Shown: positions 1-10,209 of the stretch, one piece after another | Layout: each line of letters begins with the position of its first letter | Position numbering within the stretch: position 1 is the stretch's first letter | NCBI GenBank assembly: GCA_029858565.1 | Contig: JAOUEV010000008.1 | Coordinates: 2,003-66,002, forward strand | Direction of reading: 5' to 3' | Source of the DNA: Nitrospirota bacterium | GTDB lineage: Bacteria; Nitrospirota; UBA9217 | Length of the DNA stretch: 64,000 bases | Translations under genes and position numbers: made by a program | The notes under the pieces: generated by a model | Database searches by the model: none | What the model was told of the DNA's origin: nothing | Seen by the model: only the letters and a program-made list of their open reading frames with translations

Positions 1-118
1 TCACCTTTGACCAGCTGTAGCAGCAGGGCAGCACGGTCGTACACCCGCACTTCCCGTTCCTGAATTCCAGACCGTCCACGCTGATACCTCCGGCGATCTT
101 CTCGATCACTACTCCCAT
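1..118 (-). CDS. Small Cys-rich hypothetical protein, 5' part only (runs off window edge)
   Basis: Manual translation MGVVIEKIAGGISVDGLEFRNGKCGCTTVLPCCYSWSKV; AGGAGG RBS just upstream of the ATG at 118; co-oriented with the perR operon. Confidence 0.6.
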   Translation of the reverse strand, partial: MGVVIEKIAGGISVDGLEFRNGKCGCTTVLPCCYSWSKV

Positions 119-137
119 GCTCCCTCCTGTCGTCAGA

Positions 138-329
138 TCAATGCAGCGTGCGCTGCTTGCGGTATATTTCGTGGTCGCATTCTTCGCACCGCGTCGCGTC
201 ATCAGCGGTCCAGATATCCATCTCATTGCCGCAGGCCGGACACTGGATGACCGTCGCCGGGACAGGAATGGTTACGAAGTTCCGTTGCGGCACGTTACGC
301 CGCGTTCTTTGCTTTTCTCCAGCCTTCAT
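138..329 (-). CDS. Small zinc-ribbon protein
   Basis: 63 aa with CPAC and CEEC motif pairs; co-oriented with and overlapping the upstream gene. Confidence 0.6.
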   Translation of the reverse strand: MKAGEKQRTRRNVPQRNFVTIPVPATVIQCPACGNEMDIWTADDATRCEECDHEIYRKQRTLH

Positions 330-732
330 CTTTCAGCTTCTCCGTCCGCTCCACCGCCCAGGTCTTGAGCTTCCTGATGTACTCCATAGGATTCGTTTTT
401 GCCATTGACGTGATCTGCTCCCGTTCGCGAACGCTGTCGAGATGGTCGCCGGGGTACATGCCGTTCCAGGTGCAGAATCCTTCGTCGAACAGGACCGCCG
501 GTGTAACTTCACCGGGTATCTTTCCGTTCGCCGAGAACCGGGCAAGCTCCATGTTATACCGGATGACCCAGCCGTTATCGGCCACCATTGACTGCTCGTC
601 AAAGGGCGCGGTCTTTGCGCATGCGGGACAGTAAAGATCGGTTATCGCTTTTTCCGTGATGATGTTGTCATTGAAGTGGAACGAAGCAGTTCCTGCCCCG
701 CACACACAATTCCTTTCATATGCCATGCACAT
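295..732 (-). CDS. Hypothetical Cys-containing protein in PerR operon
   Basis: AAGGAGG RBS before ATG 732; CVC and CPAC motifs; directly downstream of the Fur-family gene. Confidence 0.7.
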   Translation of the reverse strand: MCMAYERNCVCGAGTASFHFNDNIITEKAITDLYCPACAKTAPFDEQSMVADNGWVIRYNMELARFSANGKIPGEVTPAVLFDEGFCTWNGMYPGDHLDSVREREQITSMAKTNPMEYIRKLKTWAVERTEKLKDEGWRKAKNAA

Positions 733-757
733 CGCTATATCCTCCTTGAAAGTTCGG

Positions 758-1168
758 TTATCTCTTTCTTTGACAATCCGGGCACAGGCCCGTGAATTCA
801 ATGTGGTTTCCCATTATCTGGAATCCCGCCTGATCCGCCGCTTTCAGCGTTAAGTTGAACTCGGTCTTCAGATCAACTATCTTCCTGCACCCGGTGCAGA
901 TCAGGTGGTGGTGAGGCCTTATATTGGGGTCAAAGCGCTTCTTGTCGGGATCTCCGGTCAGCTCGACCACCTTGCCGCGCTTCTTCAGCATCTCCAGGGT
1001 GTTATAGACCGTGGCAAAAGACATGGTCGGGAAACGTCTCCTGACCGCGCGGAACACGTCCTCAGCCGATGGGTGCAGGATATTTCCCTCCAAATAGGCC
1101 AGGATTGCCATTCGCTGGGGAGTGAGCTTCAGCCCGGACTCGCGATATTGTTCTTGTGAGAGCGCCAT
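758..1168 (-). CDS. perR: Fur-family transcriptional regulator, PerR-like
   Basis: LTPQR..IL, HPSAEDV, ATVYNTL, RFD..HHHLICxxC and C-terminal CPDC motifs. Confidence 0.85.
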   Translation of the reverse strand: MALSQEQYRESGLKLTPQRMAILAYLEGNILHPSAEDVFRAVRRRFPTMSFATVYNTLEMLKKRGKVVELTGDPDKKRFDPNIRPHHHLICTGCRKIVDLKTEFNLTLKAADQAGFQIMGNHIEFTGLCPDCQRKR

Positions 1169-1414
1169 ATTCTTTATATGGAATATATATCACATTAGAA
1201 TTGTTCTTGTCAAGATAAATATACAACTTTATTTGTCCTCATTCCAGCGCCGGGGACTTTGAAAATACCGGCTTTCGACAAACCCCTGCACCGAGTCTCC
1301 ATGTTCATGAAGAAAATGCCCGTTCGGGGAGGATTCCTTCCCGTTTCTCCGGCTTTTAATGCCTGTCGAGAGATGCTCCTTGACAACCATGCTTCCTTTC
1401 TTTACCCTGTACCT

Positions 1415-2122
1415 ATGAGCAGGATCCTTGTGGTCGATGACGAGCCCGATATCAGGTCTCTCCTTGAATATAATCTCAAAAAAGCCGGATACAGGGTCTC
1501 CTCTGCAGCGGATGGAGAGGACGCCCTCAGTATTCTGCGGACCGGGAATATCGATCTCATCATCCTCGACCTCATGCTGCCCGGTCTGAACGGACTGGAG
1601 ATCTGCCAGATCATCCGCCAGAATCCTAAAATGCGTGACATCCCGGTCATCATGCTCACTGCCCGCGGCGAGGAGGAGGACCGTGTTCGAGGTCTCGAGA
1701 CCGGCGCGGACGACTATCTGACCAAACCGTTCAGCCCGCGCGAACTGATGGCACGGGTAAAAGCGGTTCTCCGTCGTTCTCTTGAACGGGGATCGGCTCA
1801 CGGACTCATCACCCTTGGCGAGCTCTCGATCAACAAGGATACTGTCGAGGTTCGGAAAAAGGACCGGCTTTTGCAGCTCAGCGCCACTGAGTTCAGGTTG
1901 TTGACCTATCTGGCAGAACGAAAAGGAAGGGTCTTCAGCCGCGAACAACTCCTCGACGCGGTATGGGAGGATGACCGCGCGGTGGAGCCGCGGACCGTGG
2001 ATGTGCATATCCGCAGGCTGCGGATGGAGATAGAGGATGATCCTGCGCAGCCGTCCTATGTTAAGACCAGGAGAGGCACGGGCTACTATGTGGATAGTGG
2101 CGACGACAGCAGGACGAAATGA
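1415..2122 (+). CDS. phoB: Phosphate regulon response regulator (OmpR/PhoB family)
   Basis: ILVVDDE receiver, LDLMLPG, DDYLTKPFS, C-terminal RTVDVHIRRLR winged helix; overlaps phoR; pst operon in window. Confidence 0.9.
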   Translation: MSRILVVDDEPDIRSLLEYNLKKAGYRVSSAADGEDALSILRTGNIDLIILDLMLPGLNGLEICQIIRQNPKMRDIPVIMLTARGEEEDRVRGLETGADDYLTKPFSPRELMARVKAVLRRSLERGSAHGLITLGELSINKDTVEVRKKDRLLQLSATEFRLLTYLAERKGRVFSREQLLDAVWEDDRAVEPRTVDVHIRRLRMEIEDDPAQPSYVKTRRGTGYYVDSGDDSRTK

Positions 2123-3912
2123 ACACTGAAAATCTCCCGCCCATAAAGCAAGGTCTGTTCAGACGAATTTTTGCGCTCTACGGGATGCTTCTCGTACTGT
2201 CCATTATCGGCACGGAACTCTATGTCGCAGGAACAGTCCGGGAAAGCCGCACCAGGGACCTGCGGAAGAGCCTGTCAGTGCAGGCAGACCTGATCGGCCA
2301 GAACGTCCCCTTCCGCGACCCGGCAGTGCTCGATGAGCTTTGCCGAAGGCTCAAGGATGCCACCGGCTCCCGGGTTACCATAATCACCCTTGCTGGCAAG
2401 GTACAGGGAGATTCCGACCATGCGTCTGCAAGCATGGACAATCATCTCACCAGGGTCGAAGTACAGCAGGCCATCCTCTCCGGGACCGGGTCCGTTGTTC
2501 GTCACAGCGATACACTCGACTCGAATATGATCTACCTCGCCCGGAAGATCACTCAAAAGGGCCGTGCTGCCGGCATCGTTCGCCTGAGCATGCCACTGGG
2601 CGATGTGGATGCCTCGGTCAGGACCCTCAGGATCAGGATGCTTTTGGCAGTCGTTGCGATCCTCCTTATGACGGGATTATTCTCCCTCTGGCAGATCGAG
2701 CGGGTCCGGAGGCTCACGGTCCAGATCCGTGATTTTGCCCGGGCCCTCGCAAAAGGCGACCTCGGGCAGCGGTTGTTCCTTGGCCGCGCCGGCGAGTTCG
2801 ACGAGATCGCAGACAGCCTGAACAGCATGTCACTGGACCTGAAGCACAGCATCGCGGCGACCGAGGAGGAAAGGAACAGGCTCAGCGTCATCCTCTCGAG
2901 CATCCCCGACGCGCTCCTGATCAGCGACGCACAGGGCATTATCCGGCTGACCAGCGCCGCGTCACGGACGTTCTTCGGCGATCTGCCGCTGACAGGGCGC
3001 CAGTTCATCGAGGTCGTACGGGACCGTCATTTTCTTGCCGCTCTGGACATCGTACGGCGCGAGCATCGATCCGAGACTGCCGAGGTCACGCTCGACCGAC
3101 CGTCGGAGCAGCACTGCATTGTCCGCATCTCCCCGCTCTTTTACCGGGCAGGCGAGCTTTCCGGCATGGTCGCCGTGTTCCACGATGTCACCCAGCTCAA
3201 GAAGCTTGAGCAGGTCAGGAAAGACTTTGTGGCGAACATTTCCCATGAGATCAGGACCCCGATAACGGCTATTCAGGGATTCGCGGAAACACTGCTCGAC
3301 GGAGCGATCGATGACCGGGAGAACAGCAGAAAGTTCGTTGAAACCATCAGGGAGAACAGCAAACGCATCAACAGCCTTGTGGAAGACCTGATGACGATCT
3401 CGAAGATCGAGCTGGGGGTCATCTCGGTGGAAAGGTCCGTTGTGGCTTTCCAGGATGCGGCGGATGCGGTATTTGCCGTGCTCCGAGACAAGGCTGTTGA
3501 CAAGGGACTGGAACTCCGGCGGGATATCCCGCCGGGCATCGGGGTGATACAGGCTGACCGGGACCGTCTTATACAGGTACTGACGAACCTGGTCGAGAAC
3601 GCGATCAAGTTCACGGACAGGGGGAGCGTTACCCTGGGGATCACCGAAAATAACGACAGAACCTCCATCTACGTGTCTGACACGGGCATCGGGATCCAGG
3701 AAAAGCATCTGCCCCGCCTGGGTGAGCGGTTCTACCGGGTCGACGCGGCACGCTCGCGCACCATGGGAGGAACAGGCCTGGGACTGGCGATCGTGAAGCA
3801 CCTGGTCAAGGCGCACGGATGGGAGATGCGGATCAAAAGCACCCTGGGGAAAGGCACGACCGTGACGATACTTCTTGAGCCGGATCAGGGCGATGCGGCA
3901 CAGATGGACTGA
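2119..3912 (+). CDS. phoR: Phosphate regulon sensor histidine kinase (TM-HAMP-PAS-HisKA-HATPase)
   Basis: FVANISHEIRTP H-box, NLVENAIKF N-box, DTGIGI, FYRVD.ARSR..GGTGLGLAIVKH. Confidence 0.92.
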   Translation: MNTENLPPIKQGLFRRIFALYGMLLVLSIIGTELYVAGTVRESRTRDLRKSLSVQADLIGQNVPFRDPAVLDELCRRLKDATGSRVTIITLAGKVQGDSDHASASMDNHLTRVEVQQAILSGTGSVVRHSDTLDSNMIYLARKITQKGRAAGIVRLSMPLGDVDASVRTLRIRMLLAVVAILLMTGLFSLWQIERVRRLTVQIRDFARALAKGDLGQRLFLGRAGEFDEIADSLNSMSLDLKHSIAATEEERNRLSVILSSIPDALLISDAQGIIRLTSAASRTFFGDLPLTGRQFIEVVRDRHFLAALDIVRREHRSETAEVTLDRPSEQHCIVRISPLFYRAGELSGMVAVFHDVTQLKKLEQVRKDFVANISHEIRTPITAIQGFAETLLDGAIDDRENSRKFVETIRENSKRINSLVEDLMTISKIELGVISVERSVVAFQDAADAVFAVLRDKAVDKGLELRRDIPPGIGVIQADRDRLIQVLTNLVENAIKFTDRGSVTLGITENNDRTSIYVSDTGIGIQEKHLPRLGERFYRVDAARSRTMGGTGLGLAIVKHLVKAHGWEMRIKSTLGKGTTVTILLEPDQGDAAQMD

Positions 3913-4076
3913 AAAAGCGGCTTCATTCCCGAAGGGTTTTTCACATCAGCGTTCACTGCGGACAATGAATTAGCAGCAAAGCTTTTTGCCGCGGAAGAGG
4001 CGGATAACATCCTGAAGAAACAGCGCTGAGCTTGAGGTTTATCAGATGTTCATCAGCGTCCTCGCTCCAGTTCCAC

Positions 4077-4616
4077 TCACTCCCTGAAGAGCTTCACATA
4101 CTGCCCGTACCCTTCCTTTTCCAGGTCCTCCTTGGGAATGAACCGGAGCGATGCCGAATTCATGCAGTAGCGAAGCCCTGTTGGCCGCGGGCCGTCATTG
4201 AACACATGACCAAGATGAGAGTCAGCATACTTGCTCCTCACCTCGGTCCGGACCGAGAAGAAGCTCCGGTCCTCTCGTGTCGTAATGTTTTCCGGCTCCA
4301 GGGGTTTCGTAAAGCTCGGCCAACCTGTTCCTGAATCATATTTATCAGTTGAACTGAACAGCGGCTCACCGGAAACGATATCCACGTAAATACCTTCTTT
4401 CTTATTGTCCCAGTATTCGTTCCTGAACGCCGGCTCAGTCCCCTCTTCCTGCGTCACCTTATACTGCAGCGCAGTCAGCTTGTTCTTCAGCTCTTCCTTT
4501 GATAGCTTCATATATTTACCCTCCACGGCGTCCCGTGTCCCGAACTTGTCGCCTCCGAGCGCGGGAAGGGCAACCAGCATCAGCGTGATCAGTACTGATC
4601 CTATTAACACGTTCAT
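4077..4616 (-). CDS. msrB: Peptide-methionine (R)-S-oxide reductase with N-terminal signal peptide
   Basis: [39 protein letters not shown]; hydrophobic leader from the ATG at 4616. Confidence 0.93.
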   Translation of the reverse strand: MNVLIGSVLITLMLVALPALGGDKFGTRDAVEGKYMKLSKEELKNKLTALQYKVTQEEGTEPAFRNEYWDNKKEGIYVDIVSGEPLFSSTDKYDSGTGWPSFTKPLEPENITTREDRSFFSVRTEVRSKYADSHLGHVFNDGPRPTGLRYCMNSASLRFIPKEDLEKEGYGQYVKLFRE

Positions 4617-4680
4617 CCTCACGGCCAGCACCTCACTTTCACTAATGCAATTATACACTTGCAATAAGATCGCCGGGATT

Positions 4681-5334
4681 TCAGGGAAAGACCGCACCCT
4701 GGGCAGCTCCGTGGCCTGATACCCTGTCGTATCGCTCCTGGTCATCCTGAAGCTGCTTGACCTTTTCATCGCAAAGACACCGTACCGCCCGGTCCAGTTC
4801 CTCGCAGGTCGCAGCAGGAGGGAGCATGGAGACCGCGTGGGTAAGTTCATCAGCCGCCTGCACGACCTGATAACTGTGCAATGATTCGTGGTCCATGAGG
4901 CTCTGCAGGTAAGCGCGCCATTTTGTCACAAGCTCCGGCGGGGCATTCTCCGCGGTAATCCATTTTGGATACCGGTAGACAATATTGACGTCCACGGAAA
5001 AGGAGTCTACTGAGCACGATCCTTTGCCGTTGTTATACCCGTAATCCCATTTGAGTTCCCAGTCGGTGAGGGCATCGTATTTTCCGCCCGCTACCCGGAT
5101 GTTGCCGTTCTGCTTCATCTGGCGCCGGAGATCGTTCTCGCAGGTGCCGGTGATCTCGTAGTACTCGACTGATTCCTTTATTTTTGGACGGTTGCATCGG
5201 CACTCGTGTGTCTGCCGGGAAACATGACCCAAAGACGCGATCCTTGAGCTCTCCTCTGCCTCTGCGGTCGCGACGCAAAGGATGAGAAGCGGAAACATAA
5301 CGATCTTGCCGCGCATACCGGTGACTATCTGCAT
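4681..5334 (-). CDS. DUF922-like putative secreted Zn-dependent protease
   Basis: Signal-like N-terminus, HESLH (HExxH) motif, YPKW segment typical of DUF922. Confidence 0.7.
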   Translation of the reverse strand: MQIVTGMRGKIVMFPLLILCVATAEAEESSRIASLGHVSRQTHECRCNRPKIKESVEYYEITGTCENDLRRQMKQNGNIRVAGGKYDALTDWELKWDYGYNNGKGSCSVDSFSVDVNIVYRYPKWITAENAPPELVTKWRAYLQSLMDHESLHSYQVVQAADELTHAVSMLPPAATCEELDRAVRCLCDEKVKQLQDDQERYDRVSGHGAAQGAVFP

Positions 5335-5422
5335 AAAAGATGACCTTCGTCCACAGAGTCTACTTTACATGATACCTCTGACGATCGCATCTTTTCAAGA
5401 GTCTTTTGGACCGAAATGGCGG

Positions 5423-5941
5423 CTAACCATCTCCCTTCTGGCCGACAAAATGGTCCTTCTTGTCCTTGAACAGGATGTTGAAGGTCGTAAGCGAGCCGTA
5501 GATGCGTGTGATGTACTGCTGCAACTCCACCTTCTCGGTATCGCTCAGAGTCTTATGACTATTGATCTGCTGTTCCATCACCCGCAGACGGTCGCGGACC
5601 AATACGATCTTGTGGAAAAAAGTCTCGATCGGGACAGCCTTCGATGCCTGTCCGGCGTCCGCCGGCTTCATGACCAGTTCCCCGCCCTGCCAGCGCGTTC
5701 CGATCTCTATTGCGGGCAGGTCCTCCTCGGTCATTTCCCGGGCAGCAAGCTTCACCATCTCGTAGGCCGCTGTCTCGGCATCGGAAAGGCCCACCAGATC
5801 GTCACTGGAAACCACGGTCTGTTTGCCAAGACGGGGAAAATAGACCTCGCATTCCGGGTTCCCGCCTTTGGGACTTTCTTCGACCCGGCCTATGCCGAAC
5901 CGCTCGTGCCGCACCAGGTCGCCTTTCATGAAATCAGCCAT
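5423..5941 (-). CDS. Conserved hypothetical protein
   Basis: GGAG RBS, host-like codon usage, SH3-like N-terminus (VRHERFGIGRV). Confidence 0.7.
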   Translation of the reverse strand: MADFMKGDLVRHERFGIGRVEESPKGGNPECEVYFPRLGKQTVVSSDDLVGLSDAETAAYEMVKLAAREMTEEDLPAIEIGTRWQGGELVMKPADAGQASKAVPIETFFHKIVLVRDRLRVMEQQINSHKTLSDTEKVELQQYITRIYGSLTTFNILFKDKKDHFVGQKGDG

Positions 5942-6039
5942 GAGCTCCTCCTCTAACCAGATTGAAATAATAGCACCGGAATGCCTTTGCCACGGAAGAT
6001 TTTGTTATCCGCCTCTTCCGTGGCAAAAAAGCAATAAGC

Positions 6040-6609
6040 TCAGATCCACTTCACTTTCGCGTCCTTCTTGGGCGGCCGCTGGGGTTCTCCCTTGGGATAC
6101 CCGAGCAGGATCGGGCCGAAGACCGCGTCGCCGTCCTTGAGTTCAAGCAGAGCTTTTACGTCCGGCTCTTCCACCGCCATGGCGCCGAAGCCCACCCAGC
6201 AGGTCCCGAGCCCGAGCGAATGAGCAGCAACCATCATGTTCTCACAGGCAAGGGGGCAGGAATGCGCCGCGTATCGTCCGGTGCCGATCACGAAGATGAC
6301 CGTGGGAGCGGAATAGTACACCGGGTCAGGAAGCTCTGCATAGCGCTTCTTGATCATCTCGTACCGTTCAGGGTCCACGTCCTTCACCTGTTCAGTGATC
6401 TCTTTGGCCCTGGGCAGGGCAGCGGCAAGGAGTTCCTTCCTCGCAGCCCCGTCCTCCACCACCACGAACCGCCAGGGCTGGCTGTTCATGGCCGACGGCG
6501 CTTCGTTGCCCGCGTTGATCACCTCCCGCACCAGGTCCCGGGGGACCGGCTTCGGTTCATAGGCCCTGATGGAACGCCGTCTGTTGATTGCTTCGATGAC
6601 CGGATTCAT
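6040..6609 (-). CDS. Nitroreductase family protein
   Basis: RRSIRAY, APSAMNSQPWRF, GLGTCWVG motifs. Confidence 0.9.
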   Translation of the reverse strand: MNPVIEAINRRRSIRAYEPKPVPRDLVREVINAGNEAPSAMNSQPWRFVVVEDGAARKELLAAALPRAKEITEQVKDVDPERYEMIKKRYAELPDPVYYSAPTVIFVIGTGRYAAHSCPLACENMMVAAHSLGLGTCWVGFGAMAVEEPDVKALLELKDGDAVFGPILLGYPKGEPQRPPKKDAKVKWI

Positions 6610-6675
6610 AAGGATCGCATGCTCCTTTCGTACCTATTTCCCCTCATTGTAGCTTAAGGATCCTTTTGTCTCTCG

Positions 6676-7197
6676 CTACACAAACAGGGCGACACTTTCC
6701 CGCGGCAGCCGCTTCTGAGCGCCCGGCGGGACCTTGCCGGGATAGCCCACGGGCACGATCGCAATGGGACGCAGATTGTCGGGCAGATCCAGCGTCTCGA
6801 TGACGTCGAACTCGTTGAACGCGCCTACCCAGCAGGTGCCGAGGCCCCGCGCCTGGGCAAGGAGCATGAGATTCATCACTGCCGCGGATGTGTCCTGGAT
6901 GGCATACAGGTTCACGCCCCGATCCCCGTAGCGGACCGATATGGTTCGGTCAAGACAGGCCACGATAACCAGCGGCGCCTGCGCTATGAACCGCTGGTCC
7001 AGCGCCGCCTTTGCCAGGGACCTGCGCACAGCAGCGTTCTGGATAAAATAGAAGCGCCTGCTCTGCAGATTGCCTGCGCTCGGCGTCCAGCGGATCGCCT
7101 CGATCATTTCCTCGACGACCTCAGTCGGCACCTCCCGCTCAATGAAATCGCGCACGCTCCTCCGCTGACGGATGATGTCGAGGATATCCATGTGCAT
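6676..7197 (-). CDS. Nitroreductase family protein
   Basis: RRSVRDF, PSAGNLQ, GLGTCWVGAF, VPVGYP motifs. Confidence 0.9.
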   Translation of the reverse strand: MHMDILDIIRQRRSVRDFIEREVPTEVVEEMIEAIRWTPSAGNLQSRRFYFIQNAAVRRSLAKAALDQRFIAQAPLVIVACLDRTISVRYGDRGVNLYAIQDTSAAVMNLMLLAQARGLGTCWVGAFNEFDVIETLDLPDNLRPIAIVPVGYPGKVPPGAQKRLPRESVALFV

Positions 7198-7278
7198 TGC
7201 TCCTTTGCAGCCTACGTTCAGCGGCGCCTCACCCTACCTCGTGCCCTCCGGCGCACCGCCTGCCGGATACGGTGGAAT

Positions 7279-7989
7279 CTACTTTCGCCGCAACAGGCGC
7301 TCCATGCCCTTTTCGAGCAGGAAAGCGCCTCCGGCCTTGCCAACCTCTTTGCTTACTTCTCCGAGCACTTCGGACAGGATCTCCTTGCCTACCTGCTCGG
7401 GCGTGCCGCCGTTCTTGCCGCCAATATCATTCATCTCAAGCCGCCTGAGCATCAGCACCCGGGGTTTGTCCTCAAGACCGCGCACTTCCACTTTCGCGTT
7501 CTCGACCACCAGCTTTCTGATTCGCAGACGCTTTGCAGGTTCCTTCGCTTTCTTCTCAGACTGCTTCTTTGCCGCAGGCTCCGGAGCGCCCAGGTTCTTC
7601 TTCAGCACATCCACGTTCGACGTGCGCGATTCGTTCATTTCGTAGACCACCAGCGGAGCCGTGATGCGGATATCGTCGATCACCACGGGATTGGAGGCGA
7701 CGGTCTTGGGAGCAAGTTTGATGCTGACAGCGCCGAGTGAGAGCAGGTTGCGGGACTCGAATCCCGGAGGGTTCGCCACGGTCAGCCCCTCGATCGCGCC
7801 CTTGCCCTGCGCCGGTTTAAGGGAAACGGACCTGACGCGCACCGCGGTATTCGTGGCCTTCGACCCGAACTTTTCGATCGCGTTCTTCACGATCCAGTCG
7901 AGGTTCGTCCAAAGGAAGACAATGGCGCCGGCGAGAAGCAGGATCGCGGCAATGACTATATATATAACACGTCGTTTTGTCATGGACAT
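7279..7989 (-). CDS. AsmA-like/DUF748-like membrane-anchored hypothetical protein
   Basis: Single N-terminal TM helix followed by a beta-rich periplasmic region (GLTVANPPGF). Confidence 0.6.
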   Translation of the reverse strand: MSMTKRRVIYIVIAAILLLAGAIVFLWTNLDWIVKNAIEKFGSKATNTAVRVRSVSLKPAQGKGAIEGLTVANPPGFESRNLLSLGAVSIKLAPKTVASNPVVIDDIRITAPLVVYEMNESRTSNVDVLKKNLGAPEPAAKKQSEKKAKEPAKRLRIRKLVVENAKVEVRGLEDKPRVLMLRRLEMNDIGGKNGGTPEQVGKEILSEVLGEVSKEVGKAGGAFLLEKGMERLLRRK

Positions 7990-8080
7990 ACTTTCGCACA
8001 CCAGCAGGAGGGATGTCAATCTTGTTCCTCTGTTTTCCCGGGAAACAGGATCGACGATCTCGCAAGAAGCCACCTGCACT

Positions 8081-8114
8081 GTCATTGCAGGGAGCGAAGC
8101 AACGCAGCGATCTC
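8081..8114. repeat. REP-like intergenic element (GTCATTGC...GAAGCAA...ATCTC type)
   Basis: Resembles a REP class common in environmental bacteria; recognised by eye. Confidence 0.45.
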
Positions 8115-8341
8115 GTAGTTGTTTGTATCTTTCAACTGCGGGTTTTCATTACCTTGTTAAGGCAATGCATCTGCATCGGAGACTGCGCAAAACACAGGAA
8201 AGGTCGGAGTCATGATCACTCCGGCCTCTTTTGTTCGTAGGCGATGCAACGGGAACGATGACAGCCCTTCTCCGCTTGAATGCCACGGGTAAAGACCTGA
8301 CCACGCTCCGGGTATTCTTATTATCAGGCTATTCTCACGTA

Positions 8342-8821
8342 TTACTTCTGGCTTGCCGCATCCATGCAGCTTTTATAGGAATAAGCGTTTGTCAGCACAC
8401 CGGCAAAGATCCCTATCGTTGCCACACAGGCAGCTATGCCGGAGTAGACCAATGCCGCAACAGCTGCCTCCATTGCTACTCCGATCAAAGCAAGGATCCA
8501 GCTGGAGATAAATGCCAGGGCTGTCAGTTGAAGCAGCGCGGCAACAGTAAATGCCACAACGGAGAGTATGCTTGCCGCCTGACCCAATGTGTTGATCGCA
8601 TAGGATATTGAACATTTGTCTGATGCGCCTCTGCATTCCGCGTACGCGATCAGGGCGTTCTTGATCGCAGGGATCATTCCAAATGATACGGCCGCGACCA
8701 AAGCGGCGGCCCCAAAGAGAGGATATGCAGTCGGCCAGTAGTAGGCAAGCGCTATCGCTGCTAAAAGAAGAGCAGTGGCGCCGGCGATGAGAGCTGTGAC
8801 TGTGTCGAGTTTGCAGTTCAT
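8342..8821 (-). CDS. Hypothetical multi-pass membrane protein (Ala-rich)
   Basis: AAGGAG RBS; several long hydrophobic segments; more AT-rich than neighbours. Confidence 0.7.
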   Translation of the reverse strand: MNCKLDTVTALIAGATALLLAAIALAYYWPTAYPLFGAAALVAAVSFGMIPAIKNALIAYAECRGASDKCSISYAINTLGQAASILSVVAFTVAALLQLTALAFISSWILALIGVAMEAAVAALVYSGIAACVATIGIFAGVLTNAYSYKSCMDAASQK

Positions 8822-9253
8822 AATGGTCTCCTTTTTTATTGATCATTACTGACAAGCAAGCGACGCTGTAAAGCCTCCGTGTCGTGCGCGGGCGCCTCCT
8901 TACCGCCCCAACGAACCTGACCAGTGCTTAGACCATTCAAGGACGTTGCTGACCTTGCGTACTCCCGGGCGATGACGAACGTATTGACACCACGCGACCT
9001 GTCCCAGCAAGCGTCGCAAGACCCTGTGCTCCCCCGGTCCGGAGCAAGTCAACTGTATATGAATTTGCTGCCTTTGGGAACTACCCATAAGGGTAGCTTG
9101 AATAGGCTTTTCTATCTCCGCGACCAGGGATTGCATCCTGCGGTTCCGGAAGCGCTGTCATCATATGGGAATACACCCTCAGCGGCAGCTCGGATATCTA
9201 TGGACAGAGGGTGGGTTTCGACGGCGTGTTATACGCGCATACTTCATACTATG

Positions 9254-9295
9254 CAAAGCAAAAGGCCTGTCAGGAATGACAGGCCTTTTGCTTTG
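9254..9295. terminator. Perfect 19-bp hairpin, possible bidirectional intrinsic terminator
   Basis: CAAAGCAAAAGGCCTGTCA-ggaa-TGACAGGCCTTTTGCTTTG. Confidence 0.7.
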
Positions 9296-9586
9296 GAGGA
9301 CCGGTGCTGTCTTGCTCATCATTGCACCCGCGTCAGGGATCATCGAGTACTCTCAAGGTGCTTTCAGCAGAAACATGTCAAGTCGCAAGATCCGACCCTA
9401 TGAGGTCTGGGACCGATGAGGGATGGTGGGAGAGGAGGAGAGTTCTTCATGTGACAAGGGTACAGCAGAACCGACGTCAATAACTGCAATCAAGCCTGCC
9501 CCCGGTTCTCGCGGTCTCAGAATGCATATTTCTGATCATGGGCCTGCTTCTTCGACGCCGGAGGGGACGTAGTTGCACCCGTTGCG

Positions 9587-9874
9587 TCAGGCTGCCTTCC
9601 TCGTCACCACCTTATAGTCGATCCCGAGTTCTACCAGCATGTTGAAGAGCACATCAAAGGTGACCTTCGCCGTGCCCACACCGGACTCGATCTGCGCCAC
9701 CCGGGCCTGGCTGATCCCGAGCTTCTTTGCAAGAGCAGCCTGCGACAGGTCCTTGTCCTTCCGCGCCTTGACAATCAATTTGACCAGCCGCTGCTTCTCG
9801 CGGACCTCGGCGACATTTGCGCCCAGCGACTTAGCCAGTTCTTCAACGGTCACTTCCTTCCATGCCATGATCAA
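9587..9874 (-). CDS. XRE-family HTH antitoxin (HigA-like)
   Basis: LSQAALAKKLGISQARVAQIESG HTH; overlaps toxin stop by 4 bp. Confidence 0.85.
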   Translation of the reverse strand: MIMAWKEVTVEELAKSLGANVAEVREKQRLVKLIVKARKDKDLSQAALAKKLGISQARVAQIESGVGTAKVTFDVLFNMLVELGIDYKVVTRKAA

Positions 9875-10203
9875 ATCTCCTTCAGTCTCTTATGGATAAT
9901 ATCCAGCTCGCGCCGGGGAATGATCCGCGTCTTCTTCCGGAAGGCGTGGACCAGGTAGATGGCGTCGCCCTTCTTTAGATAGTAGATGACCCGGACCTGG
10001 CCGGCCTTGTCGCGGAACCTGAGCTCATGCAATCCGGGACGGATGCCTGCAAGATTCCGGCTCAGCGGCATCTCCAGCGCCCGGCCGCTCTCCAGCAGCA
10101 AAAGCGCATCGGCGACCTCAAACCGCGTCGCTTCCGGCAGGCCAAGCAGAAAGTCCTCTACCGGACTCCTGCCGCCGGACGTTTGATAATATCGTATCTT
10201 CAT
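9871..10203 (-). CDS. RelE/ParE-superfamily toxin (HigB/Gp49-like)
   Basis: GRSPVEDFL, GLHELR, RVIYY, LVHAFRKKT motifs; toxin-before-antitoxin order. Confidence 0.85.
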   Translation of the reverse strand: MKIRYYQTSGGRSPVEDFLLGLPEATRFEVADALLLLESGRALEMPLSRNLAGIRPGLHELRFRDKAGQVRVIYYLKKGDAIYLVHAFRKKTRIIPRRELDIIHKRLKEI

Positions 10204-10209
10204 CTGATT

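Noticed and set aside
1229-1414. N-terminal extension of phoB to 1259 and ORF 1229-2008
   Set aside because: The receiver domain starts at MSRILVVDDE (1415); the upstream stretch is non-homologous and the minus-strand ORF is a shadow
8862-8879. GACGC..AAAGCCTCCG resembling a c-di-GMP-I riboswitch core
   Set aside because: It is on the strand opposite the adjacent gene and lacks the upstream GGCAAA/GNRA stem
9205-9230. GGTTTCGACGG resembling the tmRNA 5' region
   Set aside because: No GGGG 5' acceptor stem, tag reading frame or tRNA-like 3' end found
8924-9419. ORFs 8924-9403, 8900-9136 and 9165-9419
   Set aside because: Atypical composition, no RBS, and they cross a strong hairpin; probably non-coding
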